Positions 34,178 to 45,946 of a stretch of DNA of 64,000 nt are shown here, one piece after another. A program made the translations under genes and the position numbers. Source of the stretch: an uncultured Acidobacteriota bacterium. Lineage in GTDB: Bacteria > Acidobacteriota > Terriglobia > Acidiferrales > UBA7541. Numbering within the stretch: position 1 is the stretch's first letter; each line of letters starts with the position of its first letter. The notes below the pieces were generated by a model that saw only the letters and a program-made list of their open reading frames with translations, was not told the DNA's origin and did not search any database. The stretch spans positions 138,198 through 202,197 of the forward strand of contig CAWCTJ010000010.1 in assembly GCA_963798585.1 (NCBI GenBank), written 5' to 3'.

Positions 34178-34342
34178 TGTAGCGGCCGGGCTTCAGTCCC
34201 GGCGCTCTTCTTCATTCTACCGTGCCGCCCGGACAAATCGATCGATGCGCCATGCGCGCGGCATTCGGCGATGCGCGCACAATTATCGTTTCGCGATAAC
34301 ATATAAAATTGTCATTCCGAGCGAAGCGAGGAATCTGCTTTC
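34178..34342 (+). repeat. GTAG-type REP plus GTCATTCC-type REP
   Basis: TGTAGCGGCCGGGCTTCAGTCCCGGC (34178) and GTCATTCCGAGCGAAGCGAGGAATCTGC (34311). Confidence 0.85.
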
Positions 34343-34363
34343 TGAAAATAACCGCGCACAACT

Positions 34364-35912
34364 TTGTTTTCATCACGGCACTCGCCATGCTGCCCATGGT
34401 TGCCCTACGCGCAAAAACCCGTGCGCCTCACCCCCGCGCAAATCGCGCAAGAAGTCCGCGACTACCGCATGAACAACGAAGACCGCATCATCCGCGAGCT
34501 CAGCGACTTCCTAGCCATTCCGAATCTGGCTTCCGACACCGTAAACATCCAGAAAAACGCCGCCCACCTCGTCGAACTGCTCGAAGCTCGCGGCATCGAA
34601 ACGCATTTGCTCACCATCAAAGACCGCGGCCCGGTGGTTTTCGGCAAACTGAGTTCTCCGGATGCCACGCACACCATCATTTTCTACGCCCATTATGACG
34701 GCCAACCGGTCGATCCCGCCGCATGGACCGACGGAGGCAAACCGTTCGAGCCCACGTTACGTAGCGATGCCATCGAAGCCGGCGGCAAGCGCATTCCGTT
34801 TCCTGAAAATCCGCCGCAGCACCCCGCGATTTATGGAGACGACTGGCGCATCTACGCGCGCTCCAGCTCCGATGACAAATCTCCGATCATCGCGCTGCTT
34901 GCCGCCATCGATGCGCTGCGCGCAAAAAATATTCCGCTCACGGTAAATCTCAAGGTCATCCTCGACGGCGAAGAAGAAGCCGGCTCTCCGAATTTGGAAC
35001 GCACGTTGCTGCTGCATCGAAATCTTCTCGACGCGGACGTGCTGATCACCGCTGACGGTCCGGTGCACCAGAGCGGCCGCCCGCTGATTTTCTTCGGCAA
35101 TCGCGGCGTCTTGGGATTCGACGTTACCGTCTACGGCGCCATTCGCGCACTGCATAGCGGCCACTACGGCAACTGGGCGCCCAATCCCGCGCTTGAGCTG
35201 TCGCGCCTTTTGGCGTCGATGAAAGATGAAACGGGGCATGTTCTGATCCCGGGCTTCTACGACGACGTCGTTCCACTGGGCCCCGTCGAACAAACAGCGC
35301 TCGAAGCCATGCCCGACAATGACGCACAGTTGGCGCACGATCTGCAATTTGCAAAACCGGATGGCGCAGGGAAGAAGCTGATGGAGTTGCTACAACAACC
35401 ATCGCTAAATATTCGTGGATTGAAGAGCGCCTATGTTGGCGAGCAAGCGCAAAACGTGGTGCCGGAAAAAGCCGAAGCCTCGCTCGATGTGCGCCTGGTC
35501 AAAGGCGAAGATCCCGACAAAAAATACGACCAGATTCTCGATTACATTCGCAAGCAGGATTTTTTCATCACCAGCGAAGAACCAACCAAGGAAGAACGCC
35601 TCGCGCACGACCACGTGGCAAAAGTAACCAAAGGCGATTTCAACTATCGCGCCTCGCGCACCTCGATGGAACTGCCCATCTCGCAATTGGTAATCAGCGT
35701 TGTCCAGGCCGCCACCAACAAAGATGCGGTGGTCGCGCCCACGCTAGGCGGCAGCGTCCCCATGTACATCTTCGAAAATCTGAATATCCCGTGGATCGGC
35801 GTCCCCATCGTCAACTACGACAATCACCAGCACAGCTCCGACGAAAATCTTGCGCCTCGGCCACCTTTGGCGCGGCATAGAAATCTACGCCGCCATCCTC
35901 GCCGGCCTGTAA
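34364..35912 (+). CDS. Exported M20/M25/M40 peptidase (frameshifts at both ends)
   Basis: YAHYDGQP, ARSSSDDK, GEEEAGS, LHSGHYGN, QHSSDEN. The likely true stop is 35912 (..IYAAILAGL*). Confidence 0.88.
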
Positions 35913-36061
35913 GTCGGACTTTAGGTGGCATAGAATCGCCCGCGCTCAAATGTGCTTCGCGCGAGGCTGTGCTTCCGGGCAATCGCCTGTAGCGCAGGTC
36001 GACTGCTTTTGAGCCCTGCGAGCCTTTCCTCCCCACGATGGAATGAGGTCAGTGCTCTTTC

Positions 36062-36626
36062 CTAAAGCGAAAGAAAGTTCTTCAGCAGTTGCTTGCCGGA
36101 CTCGGTGAGCACCGACTCCGGATGAAACTGCACGCCCTCGATCTTATGTTTCTTATGCCGCAGGCCCATGATGATGCCGTCGTCCGTCTCGGCGGTGATG
36201 GTCAATTCCTTTGGCAAAGACTTTCGCTCCACAATCAAGGAGTGATAACGCGTAGCCGTAAATGGATCATCCAAATCCTCGAAAACACCTTTGCCGTCAT
36301 GATGAATCTCGCTGGTCTTGCCATGAAACAGTTTCGGAGCGCGCACAATTTTCCCGCCAAACGCCGCGCCAATGGCCTGATGCCCCAGGCACACGCCCAA
36401 GATCGGAAACTTTCCCGCCAGCCGCTCGATCAACTCGACGGAAATTCCCGCGTCCTGCGGCGTGCACGGGCCCGGCGAAATCACGATTTTCTCCGGTTTC
36501 CGGTGTTCAATTTCTTCCACGGAAATTTTGTCGTTGCGATGCACCTGCACATCGCAACCCAGCTCTGCCCAGATACTGCGCCAGGTTATAGGTAAACGAA
36601 TCGTAGTTATCCAGCAGCAAAATCAC
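36062..36626 (-). CDS. trpG: Anthranilate/aminodeoxychorismate synthase component II (5' frameshift)
   Basis: ILLLDNYDSFTYNL, SPGPC, GVCLGHQ, RYHSL, QFHPES. Confidence 0.92.
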
Positions 36627-36686
36627 AGCAACCTTCTTCCGGTTTCGTTCTGCGTCTTTTCGTTACAGCACTACTTCTTTACTTCG

Positions 36687-38175
36687 TTACCTCGATCTTT
36701 CCGCGAGTTCCAGTGCTTTGAGCAGCGCGCCCGCTTTATTCACGCTCTCTTGATATTCTCCCGCTGGGCTGGAATCCGCCACAACTCCGCCGCCAGCTTG
36801 AATGTGGGCCACGCCATTTTTGATGACCATGGTACGCAGCGCGATGCATGAATCGAGATTGCCGGCAAAATCCAGGTACAGAACTCCGCCCGCGTAAATG
36901 CCGCGGCGGGTGCGTTCCAGCTCTTCGATAATCTCCATGGCGCGAACTTTCGGCGCGCCAGAAACCGTGCCGGCGGGGAAACAGGCCATCAGCGCGTCAA
37001 AACAATCGACATCCGTGCGCAACCGCCCGCGCAAACTGGAAACCAGATGCATCACGTGGGAATAGCGTTCGACCGTCATCAACTGATCGACTTTGACTGT
37101 CCCGTAATCGCACACGCGGCCCAGATCGTTGCGCCCCAGATCCACCAGCATGATGTGCTCGGCGCGTTCTTTTTCGCTGGCCAGCATCTCTTTCTCGCGC
37201 CGCAAATCCTCGGCTTCATCTTTTCCGCGCGGCAGCGTTCCGGCAATCGGCCGATAAAACACATCGCGCCCTTGCACTTTCACCAGCATTTCCGGCGAAC
37301 TGCCCACCACCGCCACGTCGTTCATCTGCAGATAAAAAAGATACGGCGAAGGATTCACCGCGCGCAGTTGCGCGGTAAATTTCAAAAGGCGTCGCGGAGG
37401 TTTTTGCCGAAAAGCGCTGGCTGATGACCACCTGAAAAATGTCGCCGGCGCGAATATATTCCTTGGCCTTGCGCACCGCCGCAAAATACTCCGGCTTGCG
37501 AAAGTTAGAGGTGACTTTGGATTGCGCGCGCTTCCGGCGGCGCGGTTCTTTGCTCGCGCGTTCCGCAGCCGCGGGTTCGTCGAGTAGCGTCCGGGTGCGC
37601 GCGATCTCTTTCACCGCCGCGTGGTACTTCGCGCGCAAGCTGCCTTTGCCCTCGGTATAAACGTTGCGCACCACCCACAGCCGGTGTTGAACGTGATCGA
37701 AGGCCAGAATGCCGTGATAAAACATCAACTGCGCGTCATACAAACCGATGTCGTCGCGCAGGCGGTTGGGCAGCCGCTCGATCATGCGCACCATATCGTA
37801 AGAAAAATATCCAATGGCGCCCGCCACCAGAGGCGGCAAGCCCGGCAAGCGCACTGGCCGAAAACGCTGCATCCGCGAGCGCAGAAACGTCACCGGATCG
37901 CGCTCTTCCCAGATTAACCGGTCATTACTCTCGAGTACGCATGCGCCATTGGCATAGCGAAACACTTCCTCGGGGTTCGCTCCGGCAAAGGTATAACGCG
38001 CAATTTTCTCCCCGCCCTCCACGCTTTCCAACAGAAAGGAATACCGGGCGCCCTGCGCAATGCGCAAATAAGCGCTGACCGGAGTGAGGAGATCCGCGGA
38101 GAAAACGTCGTACACCGGGATGAGATTTCCCTGCTTTGCGAGGCGCTGAAATTCCTTGAAATCCGGCTGAATCAT
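36687..38175 (-). CDS. trpE: Anthranilate synthase component I (frameshifted)
   Basis: [50 protein letters not shown]. Confidence 0.95.
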
Positions 38176-39701
38176 GCGCGGCCCCGCGATTTTCTCACCG
38201 CCGAGCGGGTCGCTCCGTGCGTAGCAACGCTCACTTCATCCTTCAGTGCGGAAAGCACCGCCGCACGCATCTCGGCTTGCGGCGCGCGCTTGCCGCTCCA
38301 CATCTCCCATTGCGCCACACCCTGCGCCACGAACATTTCTACTCCGGAAATTCCGACAATTCCCTTATGTGCCGCGATCTGCAAAAGTTCCGTCCGCAGT
38401 GGCCGGTAAATCAGGTCCATCACAACCCGACAGTGTAACTCGCGCGCCGCAAGCGGCGAAACGCCGGCATGCGGATGCATCCCGACCGGCGTGGCATTCA
38501 ACACCGCATCAAATTTTTCGGTGAGCAGCGCTCGCCGCGGCACCGCTTCTCCGCCGCACGCTCGCGCAAGTTCGCGCGCTGCCGCATCACGCCGCGCACA
38601 AATCACCACATGCGCTCCAGCGCGCGCCAGCGCAAACGCCGCGGCGCGTGCCGAGCCGCCCGCGCCAAAAATCAGCACGCGACTCCCCGCCAGCTTCATC
38701 CGCGTTTCCAGCGCGCGCAAAACTCCGATGTAATCGGTGTTCGATCCGTGCAACGAACCGTCACGCTGCACGGTGACGGTATTCACCGCGCCAATCTGCT
38801 CCGCCAGTCCGTCGCACGTGGCTAAATGTTTCAAAATCGTTTGCTTGTGCGGCAGCGTAACACTGAAGCCGCGAATGCCGATCTCCGGTACCGCGGCAAG
38901 GAACTCAGTAAGCTTGGGCACCAGAAATGGCAGAAAAACCGCATTCAAACCGCCCGCCACATAGCCGGTATTGTGCAGCAACGGCGAAAGCGAATGCCCG
39001 ATCGGCGAACCAATCACGCCGTAAACTTTCGTCGCGCGATTCAGTTTATGCGCGCGATAGAGCTCCTTCATTGCGCGCAACGATACTTGCCCTGGCGCTG
39101 TCGCTTCCCCAACCGGTGCATAAGCCAGCGCGCTCCCTTCGCGCAGCGCCAAAATCCGCAGCGGCAAGCCAACTTCTCCCATAGGCACGGCCACAAAATT
39201 GCGCGACTTCTTGGCCAGCTTCAGCAGCCGCAACCCATCCGCCAGGCATGTGGCGTGGGCCGCAATCTTCACCGCGTCGGCTTCTCCGGGCACGCGGGCG
39301 TGCAGCGACCTCGGCAGCGGCGGCGTGCGCGCAAAATCGTGCACGGATAAAAGCACGAGTCTTGGTACGGCATATTCCCGCACCGACTGATCCGGTAACT
39401 CGCGCAGCGTTTCGATCTCTACATCGCACCATGCGCAGCCCGCCGCGCGCGCCGCGATCAGCCAGAAGAGCTCACGCGCAATATCTCCGGCGAGCCGCCC
39501 GCCGCCCTCCACGCGGCGGCAAGTGGCAATGAAGGTTGCAGTCCCAAACCTCTGCCGGCTCAGCCAGTCGAGGAAAGTCTGCCGCTCCGCGTCGTTCCGT
39601 AGCCAGTCCAGCCGCAACTCGACCGTCGAAGTTAGCGCCAACGCTAGACCGACCTGTCGCCGCATCTCCCGCGCGTCCGGTGCCGCCACCACGCCGCACA
39701 A
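38172..39701 (-). CDS. aroE: Fused type I 3-dehydroquinate dehydratase / shikimate dehydrogenase
   Basis: N-terminal VELRLD...SVHDF...AVKIA...TAPGQ and C-terminal HSLSP, SVTLPHK, GAVNT, NTD, GAGGSA, all in one uninterrupted ORF. Confidence 0.92.
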   Translation of the reverse strand: MCGVVAAPDAREMRRQVGLALALTSTVELRLDWLRNDAERQTFLDWLSRQRFGTATFIATCRRVEGGGRLAGDIARELFWLIAARAAGCAWCDVEIETLRELPDQSVREYAVPRLVLLSVHDFARTPPLPRSLHARVPGEADAVKIAAHATCLADGLRLLKLAKKSRNFVAVPMGEVGLPLRILALREGSALAYAPVGEATAPGQVSLRAMKELYRAHKLNRATKVYGVIGSPIGHSLSPLLHNTGYVAGGLNAVFLPFLVPKLTEFLAAVPEIGIRGFSVTLPHKQTILKHLATCDGLAEQIGAVNTVTVQRDGSLHGSNTDYIGVLRALETRMKLAGSRVLIFGAGGSARAAAFALARAGAHVVICARRDAAARELARACGGEAVPRRALLTEKFDAVLNATPVGMHPHAGVSPLAARELHCRVVMDLIYRPLRTELLQIAAHKGIVGISGVEMFVAQGVAQWEMWSGKRAPQAEMRAAVLSALKDEVSVATHGATRSAVRKSRGRA

Positions 39702-39919
39702 GCGTCGCAGGCCCTGCCAAAATTCTTCATCGCCGGTCTACGTTCCCATCAGGCTCCCATCGGTCCCCGTAACTCGTTGAAAATAAGCCTACTAGCCCAA
39801 CCGTATCAAATGTGTAAAGCGCCCGCGTCCAATTCGTTGACGTCGTACTAGACCCCTGTTAATTTCGCTAAGCACAGTCCCCGCACGGCCCTAAGGGCGT
39901 GTTTTCGAAGGAGTTTGGC

Positions 39920-40813
39920 ATGCGCGCTAATTTAGCCGTTCTTGCAGTCACTATGTTACTCGGTGCCGCCGCAACCTCGGCACAAAATACCACGCAGGGT
40001 CTGCCGCTGCCCGGACCGATGTCGGCGGCGCCCGGCTACTCGGCGGCGAATTGCTCGGGCTTTTTTAGCGATGTGAAGGTTCCCGACGAGATCCGGCTGA
40101 TCTCCGGCGAGCAGTCCGAATATAAAATCACGTTCGCCCGCGGAGATTATATCTACATTAACCGCGGTCAGGATCAGGGTGTCCGGATCGGCGACCGTTT
40201 CATGGTGGTGCGCCACGAACCGGATCCGCTTACGGATAATGTGAACTGGTTCAAATGGCAGTCCAAGCTCGTCAAAGCCATGGGCACCTCCTATCTGGAC
40301 ACCGGGCAAGTCCGCGTGGTCAACGTGCAGCCCAAAGTTTCCATCGCCGAGATTATTTTCTCTTGCGACTACATGCAGCGCGGCGACATTCTCCGTCCCT
40401 ACGTCGATCGCCCCTCACCCCCTTACAAAGATGCCGCGACGTTCGACCATTTTGCTCCGGTCAGCGGCAAACCTGTCGGCTCGCTAGTGATCGGTTTCGA
40501 TAACGCCGATTCTTACGGCCAGAACAGCACGGTGTATCTCAATTTGGGCGCCGCACAAGGCCTTAAGGTCGGCGATTATGTGCGTATCTTCCGCCATCAA
40601 GGGGAAAAACGCGAATTAGCTCCGCAAACCGCGGATTACCAATACAAGATGTATGGATTTGGCAGCGCTCCGGAGCGATACACGTGGAAAGAATTGCCGC
40701 GTGAAATTCTGGGCGAAGCCATCGTGCTCAATGTCACGCGCAACTCCTCCACGGTGCTCGTAACATTCAGTAGCGCCGAAATGTATGCCGGAGATTACGC
40801 CGAAATCGAATAA
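39920..40813 (+). CDS. Exported beta-rich protein with two FlgT-C/TsaP-like repeats
   Basis: Signal peptide. YIYINRGQDQGVRIGD and VYLNLGAAQGLKVGD are repeats of each other. Confidence 0.7.
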   Translation: MRANLAVLAVTMLLGAAATSAQNTTQGLPLPGPMSAAPGYSAANCSGFFSDVKVPDEIRLISGEQSEYKITFARGDYIYINRGQDQGVRIGDRFMVVRHEPDPLTDNVNWFKWQSKLVKAMGTSYLDTGQVRVVNVQPKVSIAEIIFSCDYMQRGDILRPYVDRPSPPYKDAATFDHFAPVSGKPVGSLVIGFDNADSYGQNSTVYLNLGAAQGLKVGDYVRIFRHQGEKRELAPQTADYQYKMYGFGSAPERYTWKELPREILGEAIVLNVTRNSSTVLVTFSSAEMYAGDYAEIE

Positions 40814-40837
40814 CTTCCGCATTTGGAGAGTAAAGAT

Positions 40838-40875
40838 AAGGGCCGTCGATAACCATATCGACGGCCCTTTCTTAC
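40838..40875. terminator. Intrinsic, probably bidirectional terminator
   Basis: AAGGGCCGTCGATA-ACCA-TATCGACGGCCCTT followed by T-rich sequence, between convergent genes. Confidence 0.85.
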
Positions 40876-40939
40876 TTGTGCGCGCTTAAATGGGATTGGA
40901 TTCGCAACTGTAATCCCTACACAGCTCCAATCGATGACC

Positions 40940-41569
40940 TCATTCGCTCACTACGGCATCCCGGGGATTCTTGCGCGCTTCCAGCAAGCGCAGCGTTCTG
41001 CGCTGCTTGATGCGATCATCCACCTTGGCCCAGAAGCGCATAAAATACTGTGCCGCGGAAATCAGTGCACTGGCCACCACCAGCCACAATAGGATGTTGG
41101 CGATCCAGTGCAGCCTGGGATGACGCGCTCCGGCGATCAACACCGCGACGGCGCAAACCTGCAAGACCATCTTGGTCTTTCCCAGAGCCGAAGCCTCAAT
41201 CGTGAAGCCTTCCGCCGAGGCAATATTTCTCAAGCCGAGTACGGTAAATTCCCGTCCGATGATGATGACCACCATCCAAGCGGCAACCAGCTGCATGCCC
41301 ACCAGCGAAACGAACGCGGCGGAGATCAGCAATTTGTCGGCAATCGGATCCAGCAAAATTCCCAGCGTGGTCACTTCGGACCTGCGCCGTGCGAGGTAGC
41401 CGTCTGCCCAATCCGTGGCCGCTGCGGTCAGCAGAATCAGGACGCCCCAGAATTCGAAGTGGATGGTAAAGCCCCACATTTCGATATTTGGGCTGCGCGT
41501 CAGCAATATCACGATCAAGACAGGTACGAAGAATATCCGGAGCAGCGTCAATGCGTTGGGAAGGTTCAT
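40940..41569 (-). CDS. pgsA: CDP-diacylglycerol--glycerol-3-phosphate 3-phosphatidyltransferase
   Basis: MNLPNALTLLRI and TDWADGYLARR...LGILLDPIADK. Confidence 0.95.
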   Translation of the reverse strand: MNLPNALTLLRIFFVPVLIVILLTRSPNIEMWGFTIHFEFWGVLILLTAAATDWADGYLARRRSEVTTLGILLDPIADKLLISAAFVSLVGMQLVAAWMVVIIIGREFTVLGLRNIASAEGFTIEASALGKTKMVLQVCAVAVLIAGARHPRLHWIANILLWLVVASALISAAQYFMRFWAKVDDRIKQRRTLRLLEARKNPRDAVVSE

Positions 41570-41869
41570 GGGCGTCAGACGGCGGGCTCAGGCCGCCTGG
41601 GTGTGCGAAACATCGCCGCAAATTCACTATAGTCTCCGCCCCTGTTAGCGTCAACGACTGCTGCGGCGGCGAGAGGCGAGAACGTAAAACTTGCCAATCG
41701 CGCTTTGGCTCGCTGCGCAACGGAATTGGAACATTCAGGCAGAAACTTTGAGATCGAGCGAAGTCGAGCCCCGACTAAGCACGTACCCCTAGGTACTCAC
41801 CTCTAAACAAAGGAGTTCGTGGAGCGGGTCGGTATTCTCCGAGCAACCGCCCGTCGACCATTCTCCATC

Positions 41870-42059
41870 TGTGCAAATGTGGAATCTGGGATTCGTGTTA
41901 CGAAACCTTCATATTTGCAGGCAAATCTGGTGCAGTTACCTATAAACATCTCATTTATAGGTACTTATTGGCCGCTCGCATGGGCAAGATCGCCGGCTAC
42001 AAAACACCGTTTGCAGCGGTGCCAGTTACGTACTAGCGCTTTCCACAATGTTTTCCACA
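41870..42059. promoter_or_regulatory. Pairs of DnaA-box-like 9-mers in opposite orientation around an AT-rich palindrome
   Basis: TGTGCAAAT and TGTGGAATC (41870-41886), TACCTATAAA-7-TTTATAGGTA (41937-41963), CTTTCCACA and TTTTCCACA (42039-42059). Confidence 0.4.
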
Positions 42060-42217
42060 GAGTACTCGGACTCGTCTGGGGTCCCGCAAAACCTCCTGTA
42101 ACTGCCTTCTTGTGAGCTTTTTGCCCGAAGTATCGATTTAATAACTAAGGCCTCGAGCAGAAAATCTGGTGATTTTTCCGCGCGCGCTTTCCTCGCGACG
42201 GCCGAGCAATTTCGCAC

Positions 42218-43246
42218 TTACGGATTCGTAAACTTTATCAGCGCCGCCAGTTTTTCCCTCGCCTTACCGGAGCGAATCGCCTCTCGCGCCATGAACACAC
42301 CATCGCGAAAGTCCTTCGCCACTTCTGCGGCCACCAGCGCCGCCGCGGCGTTGATCAGCACCACGTCTTGCGCAGCGCCCGGTTCACCGCGCAGCACCCT
42401 GCGAATGATTTCCGCATTTTGCTCCGCGGTGCCGCCGGCGAGAGCCTCCAGCGAGGCGTACTCTACACCAAAAGTTTCCGGCGACACAACGTACCGCGAA
42501 ATTTTTCCGTCGCGCACTTCGGCGACGAGAGTTTCGCCCACCAGCGAGATTTCGTCCATGCCACCAGCTCCGTGGACCACGAATGCTCTTGCGATGCCGA
42601 GCTCGGCTAGCGTTGCGGCCAACACATCGACAATTTCCGGCGATGGTACTCCTAAAATTTGTGCTGGCGCGCCCGCCGGATTCGTTAGTGGACCAAGCAG
42701 ATTGAAGACCGTGCGAACGCCAATCTGCTTGCGTGCCGGAGCGGCATGGCGCGTGGCGGTATGCGCCGCTTGCGCGAAAAAGAAACCGATGCCGATTTCG
42801 CGGATGGCGCGCCCATATTCTGCAAAGGGCAAATCAATGCGCACGCCTAGCGCTTCCAGAACGTCCGCGGAACCCGCCCGCGAACTCGCCGCGCGGTTTC
42901 CATGCTTGGCCACACGCGCGCCTGCCGCCGCGGCCACGATCGCAGCGGCCGTGGAGATATTAAAAGTGTTCGCGCCATCTCCGCCTGTTCCGCAGGTGTC
43001 AACCATGTTCTGCGGATGAACCTCATCTTCGGCGAACACCGGCGTGGCTCGCCTCCGCATGGCGCCGGCAAAACCTGCCAGTTCCTCGGCGCGAACCTGC
43101 CGACGGTTTAGCGCCAGTAAGAAACGCACGATCTCTGCGGTGTCCAGATGGCCGTTAAGCAACTCATCGATCAGCGCGCCAGCTTCCGCGCGCGTCAGAA
43201 ACTGCCCGGCTTCTAGTCTTTCAATCGCGGAGGATTTCAGATGCAC
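42218..43246 (-). CDS. trpD: Anthranilate phosphoribosyltransferase
   Basis: DTCGTGGDG, FNIST, KHGNR, RTVFNLLGPLTNP, GMDEIS. Confidence 0.96.
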   Translation of the reverse strand: MHLKSSAIERLEAGQFLTRAEAGALIDELLNGHLDTAEIVRFLLALNRRQVRAEELAGFAGAMRRRATPVFAEDEVHPQNMVDTCGTGGDGANTFNISTAAAIVAAAAGARVAKHGNRAASSRAGSADVLEALGVRIDLPFAEYGRAIREIGIGFFFAQAAHTATRHAAPARKQIGVRTVFNLLGPLTNPAGAPAQILGVPSPEIVDVLAATLAELGIARAFVVHGAGGMDEISLVGETLVAEVRDGKISRYVVSPETFGVEYASLEALAGGTAEQNAEIIRRVLRGEPGAAQDVVLINAAAALVAAEVAKDFRDGVFMAREAIRSGKAREKLAALIKFTNP

Positions 43247-43268
43247 TCCCGGTGGCCTTTTATTTCAA

Positions 43269-43808
43269 TCAGAGCTCTTTGGCCATGTGGACTTCGTCAT
43301 AGTAACGGCCATCCTGCTTGAGAGCTTTTTTTTCGATTCCATACTCTACGAAACCGAAGCTGGCATAAAGTCGCCGCGCTTCGTGGTTTTCGCTGACCAC
43401 CGACAGCTGGATGAGCTCGATGCGCGGGCGCGCAAATTCGATGATGGCCTCGATCAACCGTCTCCCGATACCAGCTCGTCGGGAGTTTGGCCGAACATAC
43501 ATGCCCACGAGCCGCCCCTTATGCGCCTCTTTTGTACCGGTAGCGAATAATATTCCCGCGGTACCGACAATTTCAGCGCCATGGAAAGCGCCGAACATAT
43601 CTGAATTGCCCAGACGCTCGGAAAACCACGTGAGCGACTGCGCATTTTCCCGCTCGAAGGTGCTGCCAAACGCTTCCGGCGAGCGGTGCAGCCCTTCCAG
43701 CCGGATGTCTCTATACGACGCGGCATCGGAAAACATCAAGCGGCGTATTTGCACGGAGTCGGTCCGCACGTCAGGCTGGGCGCGAGATTCCGCTTTGGAA
43801 TTTTCCAT
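43269..43808 (-). CDS. GNAT-family N-acetyltransferase
   Basis: The last ~180 aa of ORF 43269-44588: GMYVRPNSRRAGIG, NHEARRLYASFGF, YYDEVHM. Confidence 0.9.
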   Translation of the reverse strand: MENSKAESRAQPDVRTDSVQIRRLMFSDAASYRDIRLEGLHRSPEAFGSTFERENAQSLTWFSERLGNSDMFGAFHGAEIVGTAGILFATGTKEAHKGRLVGMYVRPNSRRAGIGRRLIEAIIEFARPRIELIQLSVVSENHEARRLYASFGFVEYGIEKKALKQDGRYYDEVHMAKEL

Positions 43809-43910
43809 CAGAATCGCCCGTTTTCTCGCGCTTCCTTGCTCCGCCTCGCCGTTTCCGAGTAAACTGCTTTGTTCGGAGAGCAACAAAATTCTAGCACTGA
43901 TGGATGCGCA

Positions 43911-45080
43911 ATGAAGATTCACGAGTACCAGGCTAAAGCGATCCTCGCACGTTACGGGGTCACCACGCCGCGCGGCGAAGTCGCTTTCACGAAAGAAGAA
44001 GCCCGCGAAGCCGCCCAGCGCCTCAAGTCCCATATCGTCGTGGTTAAGGCGCAGATTCACGCCGGGGGTCGCGGCAAAGCTGGTGGCGTAAAGCTGGCGC
44101 ACTCGCCGGACGAAGCTGCCGAGATCGCCAGCCGCATGCTGGGCATGAACCTGGTCACCATTCAGACTGGCCCCTCGGGACGCATCGTCAAGCGGCTGCT
44201 GATCGAGGAAGGGCTGGACATCAAGCGCGAACTGTACCTTAGCCTGCTGGTGGACCGCGCATCCGGCAAAGTAATTCTGATGGGCAGCGCCGCGGGTGGC
44301 ATGGAAATCGAAGAAGTCGCCAAGGATCATCCCGAATCCATTCTGCAGGAAATCATCAGCCCGATTGTGGGACTGCAGCCCTATCAAGCACGCAAAATCG
44401 CTTTTGGCCTGGGTCTGCCCGGCGAAGTGGCCACGCACGCAGTTCCGTTCTTGCAATCGCTCTATCGCGCGTTCATCGACACTGACGCCTCCATGTTGGA
44501 AATCAATCCGGTGATTGTCACCGGGGACGGCCGCCTCGTGGCGCTCGACGCCAAGATGACGCTGGACGACAACGGACTCTTCCGCCACAAGGAATTGCGC
44601 GAACTCCGCGACCTGGATGAAGAAGATCCGCTGGAAGTCGAAGCCTCCAAGTACGGACTGAATTACATCAAGCTGGACGGTTCGGTGGCCTGCATGGTGA
44701 ACGGCGCGGGCCTTGCTATGGCCACCATGGACATCATCAAGTACGCTGGTGGCTCCCCGGCAAACTTTCTCGATGTCGGTGGAGGAGCCTCCGCCGATCA
44801 GGTGAAAAACGCCTTCCGCATTCTCATGAGCGATCCCAGTGTACGCGCGGTATTCATCAATATTTTCGGCGGAATTTTGCGCTGCGATGTCTTAGCAACT
44901 GGCGTAGTCGCCGCCGCCAAGGATCTGAAATTCAAGGTTCCGGTAGTGGTCCGCATGGAAGGCACCAACGTGGAAGTGGGTCAGAAAATTCTCCGCGACA
45001 GTAAGCTGAATTTCACCATCGCGGACGGCATGAAGGACGGCGCGCAAAAAGTCGTGGCGCTTGCGGGAGGTGCACGATGA
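43911..45080 (+). CDS. sucC: Succinyl-CoA synthetase beta subunit
   Basis: [45 protein letters not shown]. Confidence 0.98.
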   Translation: MKIHEYQAKAILARYGVTTPRGEVAFTKEEAREAAQRLKSHIVVVKAQIHAGGRGKAGGVKLAHSPDEAAEIASRMLGMNLVTIQTGPSGRIVKRLLIEEGLDIKRELYLSLLVDRASGKVILMGSAAGGMEIEEVAKDHPESILQEIISPIVGLQPYQARKIAFGLGLPGEVATHAVPFLQSLYRAFIDTDASMLEINPVIVTGDGRLVALDAKMTLDDNGLFRHKELRELRDLDEEDPLEVEASKYGLNYIKLDGSVACMVNGAGLAMATMDIIKYAGGSPANFLDVGGGASADQVKNAFRILMSDPSVRAVFINIFGGILRCDVLATGVVAAAKDLKFKVPVVVRMEGTNVEVGQKILRDSKLNFTIADGMKDGAQKVVALAGGAR

Positions 45081-45946
45081 GCGTTTTAGTGAATGAACAA
45101 ACGCGCTTAATCGTGCAGGGCTTCACAGGCCGCGAAGGCACTTTTCATGCGCAACAAATGATCGAGTACGGCACCCACGTTGTTGGCGGTGTCACTCCGG
45201 GAAAGGGCGGAACGAAGCATCTGGAACGCCCGGTATTCAACACCGTCGCTGACGCGGTGAAGGGAACTGGCGTGAACGCGACGGTAATTTTTGTTCCGCC
45301 GCCATACGCCGCGGACGCCATTCTGGAAGCCGCGGATTCTCAAATACCTTTAATCATCTGCATTACCGAAGGTATCCCGGTGCTCGACATGGTTCGCGTA
45401 GCCGCCGCCGTGGACTTCAAGAAAACGCGTCTAATCGGACCCAATTGTCCAGGTGTAATCTCGCCCGGCAAATGCAAAATCGGCATCATGCCCGGCCGCA
45501 TTCACAAGCAAGGCCACGTCGGCGTGGTGAGCCGCAGCGGCACGCTAACGTACGAAGCGGTGCATCAACTCACGGAGCTCGGCATCGGGCAATCCACCTG
45601 CATCGGCATCGGCGGCGATCCCATAATCGGCACCAATCACCTCGAGGCCATTCGTCTTTTGAACGACGACCCCGATACGCACGCCATCATCTTGATTGGA
45701 GAAATCGGCGGCAATGCCGAAGAGCGCGCCGCCGAATTTGTGAAAGCCCACGTGAAAAAGCCGGTCATCGGTTTCATCGCCGGCCAAACCGCTCCGCCGG
45801 GCCGTCGCATGGGCCACGCTGGAGCCATCATCAGCGGCGGCCAGGGAACCGCGAAAGACAAATACGCCGCGATGTCCGCCGCCGGCATCAGGTGTGTGGA
45901 GACTCCGGCCGACATGGGCTCCACCGTCGCCGCCGCGTTAAAATGA
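45077..45946 (+). CDS. sucD: Succinyl-CoA synthetase alpha subunit
   Basis: [29 protein letters not shown]. Confidence 0.98.
   Translation: MSVLVNEQTRLIVQGFTGREGTFHAQQMIEYGTHVVGGVTPGKGGTKHLERPVFNTVADAVKGTGVNATVIFVPPPYAADAILEAADSQIPLIICITEGIPVLDMVRVAAAVDFKKTRLIGPNCPGVISPGKCKIGIMPGRIHKQGHVGVVSRSGTLTYEAVHQLTELGIGQSTCIGIGGDPIIGTNHLEAIRLLNDDPDTHAIILIGEIGGNAEERAAEFVKAHVKKPVIGFIAGQTAPPGRRMGHAGAIISGGQGTAKDKYAAMSAAGIRCVETPADMGSTVAAALK

Noticed and set aside
41935-41965. dif site
   Set aside because: The ATAA-to-TTAT distance is 9 nt rather than 6, and there is no XerD-arm TTATGTTAAAT match.
43809-44588. Long N-terminal extension on the GNAT protein
   Set aside because: It is an antisense shadow of sucC.
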